From the NCBI GenBank assembly GCA_963799845.1, contig CAWCYI010000004.1, forward strand, positions 1,600,001 through 1,664,000: DNA of 64,000 nt. The letters are read 5' to 3'. Positions 41,330 to 52,800 of this stretch are shown here, piece by piece. This DNA is from an uncultured Nitrososphaerota archaeon. GTDB lineage: Archaea > Thermoproteota > Nitrososphaeria > Nitrososphaerales > CADDZS01. The notes beneath the pieces were generated by a model, which made no database searches, was not told the origin of the DNA, and saw nothing but the letters and a program-made list of their open reading frames with translations. A program made the translations under genes and the position numbers. Position 1 is the stretch's first letter. Each line of letters starts with the position of its first letter.

Positions 41330-42370
41330 TTACTTAATTCTTATTTCTCTCCCCGTTTCTAGAGATTTATATGCCGATTCTACAAGCTGATTCACGGCTT
41401 TCGCATCTTCACCGCAGGTCACTGGAGTACGGTCGTAATTGATGCTATTTACAAGGTCATCAATCATGTTCCAGACAGCTATACCTTCATATCTTCCCGA
41501 AAGTTCTGTTTCGACAAGATCTCTACCAACATTCGGTTCTTCTCCTGTGGTTATGGAAAGAGCTTTTTTCTGTATTAGGATCTTTATTTCTCCCCTTGAT
41601 CCCACGATTTTCAGGATGAGATCGTCAGTCCTTCCAGAACTCGGTCTGCAGTAGCTCCCATCTATCGTAGCGACAGCCCCATTTGGGTACGTCACTAGCA
41701 GATCAAAGTTGTCCTCGACCTCGAATGAATTAGATAGGTTCTTCGCCCTAATTGCATAGACTGAGGACGGTCGGTGTCCAACGTACCACTGTGAGAGATC
41801 AGCTATGTGAACCGAGTGCTCGAGGAGTGAACCTCTTCCGCCGGTTGCTTTGGAACTCGCAAGCCACGGAGACAAAATCTTGACAGATCCAATGTCCACA
41901 CGATTTTCTCCTTCTAGAAATTTTACATCTCCGATCCTATTGGCTCGCACGACCTTCATTGCCTCGAGCGCCTCTGGAGTGTATCTGGACAAATAACCAA
42001 CCTGCAGCTTGACACCGGAACTGTCGCAGGCTCTGATTATCTCTTCGGATTCTCGCGGGTTGATTCCCAGAGGCTTGTCGCAAAGTACATGTTTGTGGGA
42101 TTTCGCAAGTTCGATAGCTAGCCACTTTTTCGACGCATTTTCGCTTGTCACTACCCCAACATCCAAGCTTTGCTCATTCAGAAAATCTTCGAGATCGGAG
42201 TAGACAGGCAGATGAAAATTCTTCCCAAACTCAGTCGCAAGCTTCTCATCGGAATCATAGATCCCGATTAATCTGCCCAGCGGGTGGCGCTTTATTGCCG
42301 AGGCGAAGGAACGGGAGTGGTGATGGGCGACACCAAAAATGCCAAAATTCAGCTTTCTCGTTAGGATCAA
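41330..42370 (-). CDS. Gfo/Idh/MocA NAD(P)-dependent oxidoreductase
   Basis: KHVLCDKPL, GY.SRY, G.LLEHSVH. Confidence 0.9.
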   Translation of the reverse strand: MILTRKLNFGIFGVAHHHSRSFASAIKRHPLGRLIGIYDSDEKLATEFGKNFHLPVYSDLEDFLNEQSLDVGVVTSENASKKWLAIELAKSHKHVLCDKPLGINPRESEEIIRACDSSGVKLQVGYLSRYTPEALEAMKVVRANRIGDVKFLEGENRVDIGSVKILSPWLASSKATGGRGSLLEHSVHIADLSQWYVGHRPSSVYAIRAKNLSNSFEVEDNFDLLVTYPNGAVATIDGSYCRPSSGRTDDLILKIVGSRGEIKILIQKKALSITTGEEPNVGRDLVETELSGRYEGIAVWNMIDDLVNSINYDRTPVTCGEDAKAVNQLVESAYKSLETGREIRIK

Positions 42371-42379
42371 CCCAATAGG

Positions 42380-43303
42380 TCAAATAGAAACTGGTTTTTC
42401 TTCCTTAGAAGAATCTTCAATCGCCTCGGCGAGCCTGTAGGTGGAAAGATCCACCGATCCAGCACTGTCTCCATTTAGAAAATCGGAAAACATCCGGGAT
42501 AGTACCTCCAGTGAAGAAGCCGAGATCATTGTATCGGAGTATTCAACATTCCTCGGCAATTCCAACGTTTTGCTTTCGTTGAACGAAATCATCCCATCCG
42601 TTCCATTAATCGAGAATTCGAGCTTACCTTCCTTTGCAGAATGTCCCGCGATCAGCTGACAACTGGAACCGTTCTCAAAGGTAAGGAGAGCCACGTAGAA
42701 ATTAGAATAATTAGTTTCTATCTTTTTAGCGAAGACCTTCTCTACTTTTGGGCGGCCGAGCAATATTTCGGCACAGCTAATTCCGTTCAGCAGACCCTGG
42801 AAAAGCGAAAAATCAGACAGGCCCACATTTTCATGGCCTAGGGTTTCAAGTCTTAGTATCCTCGGAGACCCAATTCTCCCATTGGAAATCAGATTTACTG
42901 CCTTGGAAATGAGTGGGTGATATTTCATTGGATCAAGTACGCTTAACCGCGCATTCCCAGTCTTCGCTGTCAATTCCTTCATAATTCGTTGTGCTGTTTC
43001 ATATTTGTTGGAAACTGCACCACTGACAATAGTCGTACTTCCCAACCGAAGGGATTGATCTATCAAATGCTCCCTTTCGGGAAAGCTTGTACTACAGATG
43101 TCAAGACAGACTCCATCATGCAAGCCTAGTGGTACTTTTTCTGGGGGAACACTCTTCGCGGCCGCCCCAACCAGCTTCCATGCTCTAACATGACGCCTGC
43201 TCTGGATCGGATTGCCTACGACGAGAACGCGGCTAAATTCTAATCCTTTCCGCTCTGAGACATCCTCCCTTATCATTGAAAGAGACCTGTGAATCGTCCA
43301 CAT
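42380..43303 (-). CDS. Degenerate Gfo/Idh/MocA-like protein
   Basis: Y.P....A..LI..GRIG.P and C-terminal fold elements present; E/DKP motif and canonical nucleotide-binding loop absent. Confidence 0.6.
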   Translation of the reverse strand: MWTIHRSLSMIREDVSERKGLEFSRVLVVGNPIQSRRHVRAWKLVGAAAKSVPPEKVPLGLHDGVCLDICSTSFPEREHLIDQSLRLGSTTIVSGAVSNKYETAQRIMKELTAKTGNARLSVLDPMKYHPLISKAVNLISNGRIGSPRILRLETLGHENVGLSDFSLFQGLLNGISCAEILLGRPKVEKVFAKKIETNYSNFYVALLTFENGSSCQLIAGHSAKEGKLEFSINGTDGMISFNESKTLELPRNVEYSDTMISASSLEVLSRMFSDFLNGDSAGSVDLSTYRLAEAIEDSSKEEKPVSI

Positions 43304-43428
43304 TCACTGGCCGTTAGATAAACGATTTTACCCGGGTTACGTTTTCTTGAGGGAACCAATGACGATGTCCAATTCTTTAAGTAGGGAAACTTCGGCAGGC
43401 GATAGACTGTCGCCCGATCAAGGGATTT

Positions 43429-44503
43429 TTGGATCACAGTTCTATGCCAAAAGGGAGAAGACCTCATACAAATTTGCCACGAAAGAGGACTGGATTCGCA
43501 ATTGTAGGACTTGCATCTCACCACTCTGAATTTATCGCCCTCGCTCTTCAGAGTCTCCCGGAAACCTTCCTTGTTGGTGCCTATGATGAAGACACGAGAC
43601 GAGCTAGGAAGTTTTGTGGAAAATTTAACACGAAATATTTCAGTGACCTCGATGTCTTGCTACGCGATCCCGATGTTGAAATCGGCGTCGTGACAGGTGA
43701 GAATTCGCGCAAGGGGGATCTCTCAATCGCAATCGCTCGAGCTCAAAAGCATGTGTTGTGTGACAAGCCACTCGGAATCAGTGCGCGCGAATCTAGAGAT
43801 ATTATCAACAGCTGCAGAAAGGCCCGCGTGCGCCTTCAAGTAGGCTATGTATCTAGATATGTGGAAGAAGTTCAGCGAGCAAGGCGCTTTACAATGTCAC
43901 ACAAGTTAGGCAAAGTGAGATTCACTAATGTCGAAAATAGAGTCGACAGTGGCCTCGTGAAGCAACTGTCTCCTTGGCTAATGAAAAAGGGACTGGCGGG
44001 TGGAGGTGCACTCCTCGAGCACTCGGTTCACGCGATCGATTTAGCTTTATGGTTCAACGAAAGTCCACCTCGCTCGGTCTTTGCAGTTTCCGCCAAGAAC
44101 TTGGATAATGCTTACGACCTCGAGGACAACTTCGCGATCTTGATACAATTCCAGAATGAGTCGATAGCTCTTATTGACGGGAGCTGACAGCCGGCCGAGC
44201 TCTGGAAGACGTGGTGACTTGGTCTTCAAGATCCAGGGTAGTCTGGCTCAACTTGATTTTTCGGTGGCAAACCCTGAATTGAGGGAATATCGAGGCGAAG
44301 AACCACAGATAGAAACGAAGTATTATCAGAGCCGGGGCGCGTCAAGCGAAGAGGCGTCTGGCGTAAGAATGATAGAAGATCTGCTCCGATCGGTGAGAAC
44401 AGGTTCGGAACCCCTGACAAACGGAGGTGTTGGAGAAAGGGTGAATCTCATCGTTGACGCAAGCTACAGATCTCTCGCAACTGGCGCCGAAATTCAATTG
44501 TGA
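43429..44503 (+). CDS. Gfo/Idh/MocA oxidoreductase, paralog of 41330..42370; frameshift near 44185
   Basis: KHVLCDKPL, ENRVD, GGALLEHSVH, DGS/RPSSGR shared with the paralog. Confidence 0.88.
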
Positions 44504-44526
44504 CCACTCGACTGTAAGTTGGATCT

Positions 44527-45381
44527 TTGATCGGGCTAGAGAAATCAATGCAAAACCAGAAAAAAACTCAAATCGCGACGACGGTTGACTGCCACGTTCA
44601 CGTTTGGCCAGATTCACTTGTCCAACGAAACTTGGAAACCATAAAAAACAAGTCCGGCATTTCTCCTGCTTTTGACGGAAGCATTTCGTCCCTTCACGAA
44701 TCAATGGGACGGTCTGGCATGACGATTTCAATCGTGAACAACTTGGTTTTGCGAGCTGATCTTGTGAAGAAAGCAAACGACTGGACTGCATTGACAGTTT
44801 CAAGAAGTCGTGACTTGGTTGGCATGGGGTGGGTAATTGCGGGCTTACCCGAATCTGTCGAGGAAGCGCGGAGATGTATTTCAGAGTTGAATTTCAAGGG
44901 AGTCAAAATGCATCATTCGCACTCGAAGATCTTTCCGGACGATTCCAAAAACTATCCGATTTACGAGAAGCTTTCGGAGCTTGGGGTGCCTGTGCTGTTC
45001 CACTGTGGAAAGAATCCATATACGAACAGTTCAGAAGTGCAATTCTCTGCTCCTTGGAGGTTTCGACAGGTCTTGTCATCGTTCAACAAGTTGAAGGTAG
45101 TCATGGGACATCTTGCAGGATTTGAAGACTATCCTGAAGAAGCTCTTGACTTGCTTACAAGTTTCAGTAATGCATCGACAGATACTGCGATTGAGTTTAC
45201 AACGAAAGTCGATGTTAAAGAAATAGTTAAGCTGGTAGGGGTCGACAAAATTCTTTTCGGCTCGGATTATCCCATACGTGATCCATCTACATTGCTTTCT
45301 TGGCTTAATTCGTCATTGCCGGAATCCGATGTCGGTTCTATATTGAGCGATAATCCTCGGAAACTGTTTGCAATAGCATAA
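44527..45381 (+). CDS. Amidohydrolase_2 family metal-dependent hydrolase
   Basis: DCHVH, GVKMH, FHCG, GHLAG, FGSDYP. Confidence 0.9.
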   Translation: MIGLEKSMQNQKKTQIATTVDCHVHVWPDSLVQRNLETIKNKSGISPAFDGSISSLHESMGRSGMTISIVNNLVLRADLVKKANDWTALTVSRSRDLVGMGWVIAGLPESVEEARRCISELNFKGVKMHHSHSKIFPDDSKNYPIYEKLSELGVPVLFHCGKNPYTNSSEVQFSAPWRFRQVLSSFNKLKVVMGHLAGFEDYPEEALDLLTSFSNASTDTAIEFTTKVDVKEIVKLVGVDKILFGSDYPIRDPSTLLSWLNSSLPESDVGSILSDNPRKLFAIA

Positions 45382-45402
45382 ATCTTTGGAACTGAGTTTT
45401 CT

Positions 45403-47473
45403 TTGAGTCAATTTAGGTTGGGATTTGACATCGGCGGAACTTTCACAGATCTTATAGCGATAAGGGAAGACACGGGAGAGATAACGGTAGTAAAATGCCC
45501 TACCACTCCCGACGACCCATCGCGTGGTGTAATAAGCGGATTGTCTTCTCTGTTTGAATCACTGAGTATCTCGGGAGGTGATTTGAGTATTGCAGTACAC
45601 TCTACAACGCTTGTTACGAACACAGTGATCGAACGAAAAGGGGCGAAGACAGCACTCCTGACCACTAAGGGATTCAAGGATGTTCTCGAGATCGGCAGGG
45701 AAAATAGGATCACGGTCTACGACATTTTCGAAGAAAAGCTCAAGCCGCTGATCCCGAGACGTATGCGAAAGGAAGTCAACGAGCGAGTTCTCTACGATGG
45801 AACTATTTCCAGAAAACTGGATCCGACTCAGATCGAAAATCTCAGCTAAGAATCTCAAAGCAAATTCTGTGGAATCTATCGCGATTTCTCTACTTCATTC
45901 TTACGCGAATCCGAAAAATGAGAAAGTCGTCAGGCAGATCGTTTCAAAAATCGTGCCGAATGTCAAGATCTCTATTTCTTCAGATATACTGCCCGAGTGG
46001 CGGGAGTACGAGCGAACTTCTACGACGGTGATAAATGCATACACTCAACCCCGAACTGCAAATTACATGCGAGTAATAGAATCTACCCTCAGGAGGCTTG
46101 GTTTCGCCGGGCGACTTTTCATAATGCAGTCTTCCGGCGGGCTTTCGACCGTCGATGCGGCATCAACTTTTCCAGTGAGGATAATCGAATCAGGCCCGGC
46201 TGCAGGGGCGCTAGCCGCGACTTACCTCGGGACGCTTGCAGAGACGCAAAACATGATTTCGTTTGACATGGGCGGAACTACCGCTAAATGTTGTCTGATA
46301 ATTCGCGGTGAGCCGAGAGTCACGAATGATTTCGAAGTTGCAGGCTACATGTACCTCAAGGGAAGTGGTTATCCGGTTCGGATCCCGACAATTGATCTTT
46401 TGGAAATCGGGGCAGGAGGAGGGAGCGTAGCACATTTTGAGCACGGCCTTCTAAAAGTTGGCCCCGAAAGCGCGGGTGCGGTTCCAGGGCCTGCATGCTA
46501 TCCCAATGGCGGATCAGAGCCGACAGTGACTGATGCCGATCTTGCCATGGGACTTCTAAATCCGGATTATTTCCTTGGCGGCGAAATAAGATTGGACAAA
46601 TCGAGATCTAAAGCGGTCATCGAAGAAAAAATTGCTTCAAAGCTGGGAGTGAGTGTAGAGGAGGCTGCGATGGGTATTCACGAGGTAGTCAACGCAAACA
46701 TGTCAAGAGCAATGAGAATTATCTCCGTTGAAAGAGGGCAAGATCCCGCGCTCCTTTCAATTGTGGCTTTTGGCGGGGCGGGTCCAGTTCACTCCACTAG
46801 ACTTGCACATCTTTTAAAGATCCGGAAGACGATAGTCCCACTCGCAGCTGGCGCAACCTCGGCTCTGGGACTTTTGGTTGCAGACATGAAATTTGATTTT
46901 GTTCGAACCCTGTTAGTCAGGTTGGACGAGGTTGAGGGGAAGAAAATTAGGGATCTCTATGATTCGATGAAAACAGAAGCTGACAAGATGCTTTCTGAAA
47001 CTCAGTACGGCCGTCGATACCTAAGAGCAGTGGATGTGAGATACGCGGGTCAGGCCTTCGAGCTTTCAGTACCTTTCGGAGAAGGATTCGATAACTACGA
47101 TTTGATCGAGTTGAAGAAAAAGTTCTCGGAACTATATCGCGCGAGATACGGATATACGAGTGACGATCCGATTGAGTGCGTAAACTGGAGACTGGTTGCC
47201 ATCGGAGAGGTGCCCAAAGTTTCGCTGGAGAAGAGGAACAACCGAGAAGCGGGCACTCACGATCCTCAACTCGCGATAAAGGGAAAAAGGGATGTGTGGT
47301 TCCCAGAATCGAATGGATCTGTGAAAGCAACGATCTACGACAGGTACAAATTGGTTGAAGGAAATTCCTTCGATGGACCCGCGATCATTGAAGAAAAAGA
47401 ATCCACATGTGTAATTTTGCCGGGTCAAAAGGTGATCGTAGATGCTTATTCGAACTTGGTAATCGAATCCTGA
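45403..47473 (+). CDS. hyuA: Hydantoinase/oxoprolinase subunit A (ATP-dependent); frameshift near 45845
   Basis: [46 protein letters not shown]. Confidence 0.9.
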
Positions 47474-47480
47474 TCAGCCA

Positions 47481-49242
47481 TATGCCGTCCAACAATTTTG
47501 ATCCAATTAGGCTAGAAATCTTGTGGAGCGGCTTAAGCTCCATCGCGGAAGAAATGGGAGTGACGTTAAAGAAAACAGCGTACTCGGAAATGGTCAGGGA
47601 AGCGAATGATTTCTCCTGTGCGCTGTTCGATTACGAGGGGAATATGATCGCCCAGACCGATTATATTGGAAGTCCAGGGCATCTGGGCTCAGTTCGCGAT
47701 GCCGTCAAGATAATGTTGCGTGAGTTTCCCACAGAGACATTGAAACCAGGGGACAGTCTGATTACAAACGATCCGTATCTCGTGGCGGGGCATCTCCCAG
47801 ACATCGCGATCGCAACGCCAATTTTCTTGGGTGGTGACTTGCTGGGTTTTGCTCTAAACATAACTCACCACACTGACATCGGGGGAAAGGTTGCAGGCGG
47901 CCATCTGGCCGATTCTAGGCAGATATTCGAAGAGGGGCTGAGGATACCAATTTCGAAGCTGCGTTCGGAAGGAAATCCGAATCGGGATCTAATCAGATTC
48001 ATCGAAAGTAATGTCAGAGTTCCTTACAAAGAGATCGGCGATTTTAACGCTCAGCTATCATCTAACTTTGTAGCAGCCAAGAGGCTCGAAGAGTTCACGA
48101 AGGACTTCCGACTTGGTCTGAAAGAATTTCACTCGCTCTCACAACAAGTTATTCAGACTGCGGAGGCTGCTATGAGATCGAGCATTTCAGAATTCAAAGA
48201 AGGAGAGTATCATTCGAGCGAATTGATGGAGTCCTTTGACGGCGATGGGAGTATCGAATTGAAGCTCAAGATTCGTGTCAAGGGATCCAGGCTTGAAGCA
48301 GACTACACCGGAACCGGTGCCCAAAGTCCCAACGGGATGAATTCTCCTCGTAACTACACCTTTGCCTACACTTCTCACGCCGTCAAGTGCATCACGAACC
48401 CAAGGATCCCGATGAACGAGGGCGTCATGAAAACGGTTGAAATGACAGTTCCCGAGGGCACAATACTCAACCCAAAGTTTCCCGCCGCAGTTGGCGGAAG
48501 GCACCTGGTAAACTGGAGAGTAAATTCATTGGTTTTCAGGGCTCTCTCAAGAGCAGCTCCAGGAAAAGTGATCGCTCCAAGCGGTGGAACAGGGAGCAAC
48601 ATGCCACAGTTTTCCGGAATAGATGCGCGCTCCGGAAAGCCATTTGTGCAGATAGTAAATCACTCGGGAGGACTCGGGGGCCGCCCTAACAAAGACGGCA
48701 TACACTGCTACCCTTTTCCAGCGAGAGCGGAGAACACTCCGATTGAGATTGTCGAGACTGTAGCTCCGATTATTATCGAAAAACTAGAGCTTGCAAGGGA
48801 TTCAGCTGGAGCCGGAAGGTTCAGGGGCGGTTGTGGCCTTGAAATGGATGTCCGGATATCAAATCCAGGCGGCGTGGTCCTTTTGAATATCTCAGGACGA
48901 GACATCTATCCTGCTCAGGGGTTATTTGGTGGAAAAGAGGGGAGCAAGTCCGAGATTCTCATACTGAGAAAATCGGGAGGGAGAAAGCGTCTCCATCCGA
49001 GAAAGATTGTCAATCTCGAGGACGGGACTGTAGTGCGATTCAAACTTCCGGGTGGAGGAGGTTATGGAAATCCAGCAGAACGAGAATTGAAGATGGTTCT
49101 GGAGGACGTAGAAGATGGGATTGTCTCCCAGGAGAGGGCGAGATCGATATACAAGATCGATGCAAGAAGAAAAGGAAGGCGATCATTACCCCTTGATTTC
49201 TCCCAGCACCGGGTTCGAAAAAAAACTAGCCAGCTTCCATGA
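47481..49242 (+). CDS. hyuB: Hydantoinase B / oxoprolinase subunit B
   Basis: NDPY..AGHLPD, HH.DIGG, EEGLRIP, GAGRFRGG, GGGGYG.P. Confidence 0.92.
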
Positions 49243-50385
49243 ATCCAATTCCGTGAAGCATTGGAAGATAATTTTTCAGAGAATCAGCATCTTTTCCGAT
49301 TGCTTGGAATGCCCTGAATAGCAGCTCACTATTCTCGATTACCATACTGCTGAACCGTCTTGCCTCTTTTTCATATTGCCCGAGAACTTGCTCACTGAAC
49401 GGATCACTCGAACCTCTCGATATCACTTTTCCGAATACTGAAATGTCGTTAAAGACCATCGACATTCCCTGTCCGAGCATCGGGTGGGTGGTGTGGGCAG
49501 CATCTCCGATCAGAATTACGCCTCTTCTCCAAAACTCATTCGCCTGACGCCGGATGACGCGGTAAAAGATACCAACATCCCGAACTCTCAAATCATTTAC
49601 ATATGGCACCCTCATTCGCAGTTTATCGTTGATTTGGTCCTTGTCCATTGGAATCCATTCTTTCAACTGTTCCGTGGACAGCTCGACCGCTGCTCGCATT
49701 CGATTATTCGGCATCGAAAATAGACCCACAAAACCTTCAGGACTCAGGCAGTGCTGCCCACCCTTGAAGCCAGATGACTTGTCAAGGATTACCATCTGAT
49801 AGCCGACATTGTAATCTACCATGTCAACAGCAATTCCCAGCTGACTCCGGAGAGAAGAGGAACCGCCATCCGCGACGACAATCAGATCACCCGTCAATTC
49901 GTATTCGCTCGAACCTTTATTGTATCTCACCAATTTTCTGTCATCCGCTGTGTCGACTATGCTCCGAGCTTCGGCACCATAAATTACCTCGAAATTCGTA
50001 TCTCTTAGGGCATCGTGGAGCGATCTAACAAATTGAGTGTGCGGCAAATACATCTGGGGAAAGTTTCTCGCCAGGATATCGTATTCTATCACTCCTATCA
50101 AACCCTTCTTTGAATGCCACACTTCCTCCAAAGGCTTGCGAACTACTACCGGTCCCTTTGCATTGACATTGTCAATTACCCCAATTTCATTGAGGATTTT
50201 AACAACCTCCGGACGTATCGCTTCACCACGCTTGACGTTTCCAAGGTTTTCTTCAGAGCTTTTCTCCAGGACGGTGACCGAGAGCCTCTTCTGAGATCCG
50301 TGCTAGGGAGCAAGCTAGACCCGCGCCCGCAACTCCACCACCACAGATAACCACCTTCTTCATTTTCCTTCCTTGTCTTCGACAA
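49226..50385 (-). CDS. FAD-dependent monooxygenase (UbiH/PHBH family); two or more indels in the 5' part
   Basis: GGGVAG in a shifted frame near 50340, VADGG.S, IGDAAH..HP..GQG. Confidence 0.85.
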
Positions 50386-50416
50386 TATTAGTCTCGCGCA
50401 TGTTTATATTTGAAGC

Positions 50417-50797
50417 ATGGCAGTCTCAACCCTCAGCTTGACCCAAATTGTGCACGTGAAGCCTAAAGCATCTGACAGAAAAGGAAAGGAGATGGCCACT
50501 TATTTCGCCATAGACAAATCAGCTGGATCCAATAATATGGCAGTAAAATATGATGTGATTCCACCAAAAACAAAAACAGACACGCACGCCGAGGCTCATC
50601 CCACAGATGCGATCATATGCATGATTTCGGGCGAATTGACTTTCTACGTCACAGCTCCCGTGAAGAAAACTTTCAAAATTCGTGCTGGAGACTTTGTTTT
50701 CGTGCCGGCTGGTGAAACTCACTACGCGGAGAATTTCTCTAGAACGAAAGCCGCCGAAGCAATCGTATGCATTCCCAGTTCAGGCTTCGTAAACTAA
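50417..50797 (+). CDS. Cupin-domain protein
   Basis: EAHP.DA, GDFVFVPAGETH...N. Confidence 0.8.
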   Translation: MAVSTLSLTQIVHVKPKASDRKGKEMATYFAIDKSAGSNNMAVKYDVIPPKTKTDTHAEAHPTDAIICMISGELTFYVTAPVKKTFKIRAGDFVFVPAGETHYAENFSRTKAAEAIVCIPSSGFVN

Positions 50798-51324
50798 ATC
50801 GCATTAGTGAAAAAGCAGCGTGAGATTTCACGCAAGTTCTCTGTCTCTTGTTTGTCTTCTGTACCTGCAGACCTACTTCACTTTCTAAAGCCATTGTTTT
50901 ACTCTATTGATTTATTATGCCATTTTCGTCCTTTTCTACACGGGGGCGCAATTGTGCGTACCGAAGAGCTCGTTTCAAGCTCTTCTGGCAATTTCTTTTG
51001 CTATTGTTTAGTTATGAAGACATTGCTGGCTTTTTACAGTAAAATTACGGTAATAATGACCGATGTCGGTCGCACTGGGGGTAGTCTTGTACCCGCGTAC
51101 CTCAACCCAGAATGATCGGACGCCCTGATATTTCTAAAATCAAGTAACAGCATGCCAAAGAGATGGCAGACTAATCTGTCTTTGGTGCTCATGAATAAAA
51201 AATTCGGTTTCCATTATTCTTCAAACGAATCGAGCTCGGACACAAATTCCAGCTTTCGTGCAAAAATGTTAAACTCTCGCCGCTTTTCTTGAAACACCCG
51301 AAACTTGTTTTCAAGTGAGAATCC

Positions 51325-52461
51325 ATGATCGCGGGCATCCCGAAAGAAACCGCGAGCGGGGAAAAGCGCGTCGCAATCACGCCGGACGCGATCTCCAAAC
51401 TCAAGGATTTTTCAATCCTCGTCGAGCACTCTGCCGGCGAAGCTGCAAACCTCCCCGACTCTGCCTACTCGGAAAAGGGCGCAGCGATAGCTCCCGATTC
51501 AGCATCGCTGTATTCCCAGGCAGACATCGTGTTCAAGGTGCAGCCCCCCAACCCTTCGGAGGCTGGCCAGATGAAAGAGGGCTCGACGCTCATCTCGTTT
51601 CTTTATCCGCTTGCAAACCTCGAATCAATCCGGAAGTTAGCCGCGCGCAAGGTCACAGCCTTTGCGATGGAACTTATTCCCAGAATCAGCAGGGCGCAGT
51701 CAATGGACGCGCTCTCCTCGCAGGCTAACGTCTCAGGCTACAAGGCCGTCCTGATCGCAGCCGATTCCCTGCCCAAGCTCTTCCCGATGATGATGACAGC
51801 CGCCGGCACCATCCCGCCCGCGAAGGTCTTCGTCATGGGAGCGGGTGTCGCGGGTCTGCAGGCGATAGCGACCGCGCGAAGGCTCGGCGCCCTCGTCGAG
51901 GCTTACGACGTCCGCCCCGTCGTGAAAGAACAGATAATGAGCCTCGGGGCAAAATTCGTCGAGGTCGCCGTCGAAGCAAAGGACGCGCAGACCCCCGGCG
52001 GGTATGCGAAAGCCCAGTCTGAAGATTTTTACAAAAAGCAGCAGGAGCTGCTCGCCGATCACGCCGGGATGTCGGACGTGATTATCACGACCGCGCTCGT
52101 GCCGGGACAGAAAGCTCCGATCCTTGTCTCGGAGGACGCGGTAAAGAGGATGCGCGCGGGCTCTGTGATCGTCGACCTCGCGGCGGAGCAGGGAGGCAAC
52201 TGTGCTCTAACTGATCCGGGAAAAACTGTCGTCAAGTACGGCGTGACGATCCACGGCCCCTTCAACTTACCGTCCTCCATGGCCCCACAGTCAAGCCAGC
52301 TCTACGCTCGCAACATAACTTCGTTTGTCTCCGCGATTTTCAAACAGGGCGCGATTGGAATCGACATGAAGGACGACCTGATCAAGGGACCGCTCGTGAT
52401 AAACGGCGGCGAGGTCGTGCACGAGCCGACGAAGAACGCGCTCGCGAAAGGAGGCCATTGA
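51325..52461 (+). CDS. pntA: NAD(P) transhydrogenase subunit alpha, domain I (PntAA)
   Basis: E.RVA.TP, PRISRAQSMDALSS, GAGVAG, GGYAK, GGNC. Confidence 0.96.
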   Translation: MIAGIPKETASGEKRVAITPDAISKLKDFSILVEHSAGEAANLPDSAYSEKGAAIAPDSASLYSQADIVFKVQPPNPSEAGQMKEGSTLISFLYPLANLESIRKLAARKVTAFAMELIPRISRAQSMDALSSQANVSGYKAVLIAADSLPKLFPMMMTAAGTIPPAKVFVMGAGVAGLQAIATARRLGALVEAYDVRPVVKEQIMSLGAKFVEVAVEAKDAQTPGGYAKAQSEDFYKKQQELLADHAGMSDVIITTALVPGQKAPILVSEDAVKRMRAGSVIVDLAAEQGGNCALTDPGKTVVKYGVTIHGPFNLPSSMAPQSSQLYARNITSFVSAIFKQGAIGIDMKDDLIKGPLVINGGEVVHEPTKNALAKGGH

Positions 52462-52464
52462 AAA

Positions 52465-52800
52465 TTGGCGACGGACGCGGCGCAGGCAGATCTGGCGGTC
52501 AACCTGCTCGTCTTCATCCTCGCGACCTTCCTCGGCGTCGAGCTCGTCCGGCACGTCTCGCGGTTGTTGCACACACCGCTCATGGCGCTCACAAACGCGA
52601 TTTCTTCGGTGTCGATAGTCGCAGGGCTCATCGTACTCTCCGAGCCGAAGGACGACTTTGTCCTGTTGCTCGTCAGCGTCGCGATCGCACTCGCCGCGAC
52701 TAACATCGTGAGCGGCTTTATGATCACCGGACGGATCCTCAGGATGTTCCGCCGCCGCGATCCCAGGGAAGCAAAGAAGGGAGAACCAGCGACCAAATGA
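52465..52800 (+). CDS. pntA: NAD(P) transhydrogenase subunit alpha, membrane part (PntAB)
   Basis: LHTPLM..TNAIS, N.VSGF.IT.R.L.MF. Confidence 0.93.
   Translation: MATDAAQADLAVNLLVFILATFLGVELVRHVSRLLHTPLMALTNAISSVSIVAGLIVLSEPKDDFVLLLVSVAIALAATNIVSGFMITGRILRMFRRRDPREAKKGEPATK

Noticed and set aside
50807-51115. 102-aa ORF between cupin and pntA
   Set aside because: Atypical composition, GTG start, overlaps many hairpins; probably spurious
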